Assembly: GCF_009914755.1 (NCBI RefSeq)
Contig: NC_060925.1
Origin: the human T2T-CHM13v2.0 reference genome, Homo sapiens
Length of the DNA stretch: 64,000 nucleotides
Direction: 5' to 3' (one strand)
Part shown: one piece after another, positions 62,540 through 64,000 of the stretch
How the letters are laid out: each line of letters starts with the position of its first letter
How positions within the stretch are numbered: position 1 is the stretch's first letter
Translations under genes and position numbers: made by a program
Notes under the pieces: model-generated
What the model was told of the DNA's origin: nothing
Database searches by the model: none
What the model saw: the letters and a program-made list of their open reading frames with translations, nothing else

Positions 62540-63750
62540 GCAGTTTTCTACCTGACAGGAGATAAAAACGGATTAGTGAGCAGAGATCAGATCATGCAGA
62601 GCATTGCAAGAAATATTAGAAATTTTTTAAAACTTTAACAAAGAAGAAGCTTCTGAAGAACTTGATAAAGGGAAATTATATAAGACTATATCCATTTTAA
62701 AAAAGGATAAGTCAAGGTACAATTTGAAGACTAGACTAGGAGTAAAGAAGAATGGATTTCATTTATCCAGATGGAAGTGTGTTACTATAATCCAGAAAAT
62801 AGACGACTGTATTAGGATAGTGAAGTGAGGGTGAAAAGGTGTTTAAATAAAGGTTGAAATAAATGTACTTACAGATTCAATAGAAGTAGGAGGCAACACA
62901 AATGACTCTCAGATTTCAAGTTTGAGCAAATGCGTAATGAGTATTGCCATTTTATGAGTATACAGAACTAAAAGAGAAGATGCTGGGAAATATATAATGT
63001 ATATATTTTAGACATTCCAAATTTGAGATTCTTGCAGATATTCAGGTGAAAATATACATTATTATGTAGCTAAAAATATCATAACTCAAAAAAAGAAGAC
63101 TGGAAAAATAGATCAAATGTTGCATACCTATAGATTAATTAAAACTGTTGAACATATGAGATCACTTTGTATGGATGAAGAAGAGACCTGAGACAAAATT
63201 CTGTAAATTGCCTACATTCTGAAGAAGTCAGCAGAAAAGACTGAGAAGAACCAGCCAAAGATAGAAAGGGAAAACTTAGAAAGGGTGGTGTCTTGGAAGA
63301 TATGAAGAGGGAGTCATTCTAAAAAGGAAGTCATTTAAAGATTTCATAGTATTTGCTTGAAACTTAGAAGTTTCAAGTTTATTAGATTATCTAATGGCGA
63401 GCTCAGAATGAGCAACCTTAGTAAAGTGTTTGGGTATAGACCAGAAAACAGCTGGGAATAGAGTATGAAGTAAAAAATATATATATAAGCAGTTGTGAAC
63501 AATTTATTCCTGGAAATTTGTTATTGAATGAAAAAAATGGAAAAAGAAGTTAAAAGTGACAGAACACAAAGGAGAGTATTTTAAAGTGATCAAGACATGA
63601 GAATTTTAAGTGCTGGTAAAATATAATCAGTAGAGAGGAAATATTATGAGGTGAAGTTTGAAGAAATATAAGTTACGGCAAAATTCTCTGAGAATGTGGA
63701 TGGGAATAAAATCAAGAACAGGTTTTGATAGTAAAACAATATCATTTCAA
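62540..63750 (-). mobile_element. L2 body fragment
   Basis: Purine-rich L2 antisense motifs (cagatcatgcagagcattg; aatgactctcagatttcaagtttgagcaa; gtggtgtcttggaag). Confidence 0.7.
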
Positions 63751-63761
63751 AAAATATTTAG

Positions 63762-64000
63762 GGGCCAGGTACAGTGGCTCATGCCTGTAGCTTCAGCACT
63801 TTGGGAGGCCAAGGCAGGCAGATCACCTGAGGTCAGGAGTTCAAGACCAACCCGGTTAACATGGTGAAACTTCGTCTCTACTAAAAATACCAAAATTAAT
63901 TGGGTGCAGTGGCACATGCCTGTAATCCCAGCTACATGGGAGGCTGAGGCAGGCAGATCACCTGAGGTCAGGAGTTCAAGACCAACCCGGTTAACATGGT
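63762..64000 (+). mobile_element. AluS-type element with internal 135-bp tandem duplication; runs off the window
   Basis: Left monomer and start of the right monomer, then 63947-64000 repeats 63812-63865 exactly. Confidence 0.92.

Overview
AT-rich, LINE-1-dense primate genomic DNA, probably human or a close ape (an AluYa5 and L1PA2-age elements are present). No intact protein-coding gene, RNA gene or CRISPR array is visible. Almost every ORF in the supplied track is an L1 fragment, the antisense of one, or a low-complexity artefact. The main result of reading the unique DNA between repeats is two decayed, intron-containing genes arranged tail-to-tail. Gene A (+ strand, 3' part only, about 71-6798) has six phase-compatible exon remnants, and a 5-kb L1PA7/8-like element sits inside the fifth; its family is unidentified. 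Gene B (- strand, at least about 62420 down to about 9556) has roughly 16 exon candidates, including runs of phase-matched GT-AG exons, with many stops and frameshifts. Its translation repeatedly shows RGS-domain-like motifs, most like the multi-RGS proteins RGS22/RGSL1; this family call comes from recalled motifs, not a search. Other notable items are two near-identical young L1s sharing unusual substitutions, a fold-back plus templated-duplication rearrangement at 18-19 kb, a MER41 LTR with tandem GAS motifs, three twin-primed L1s and an internally duplicated Alu. Repeat subfamily names and many repeat boundaries were assigned by eye and are approximate.
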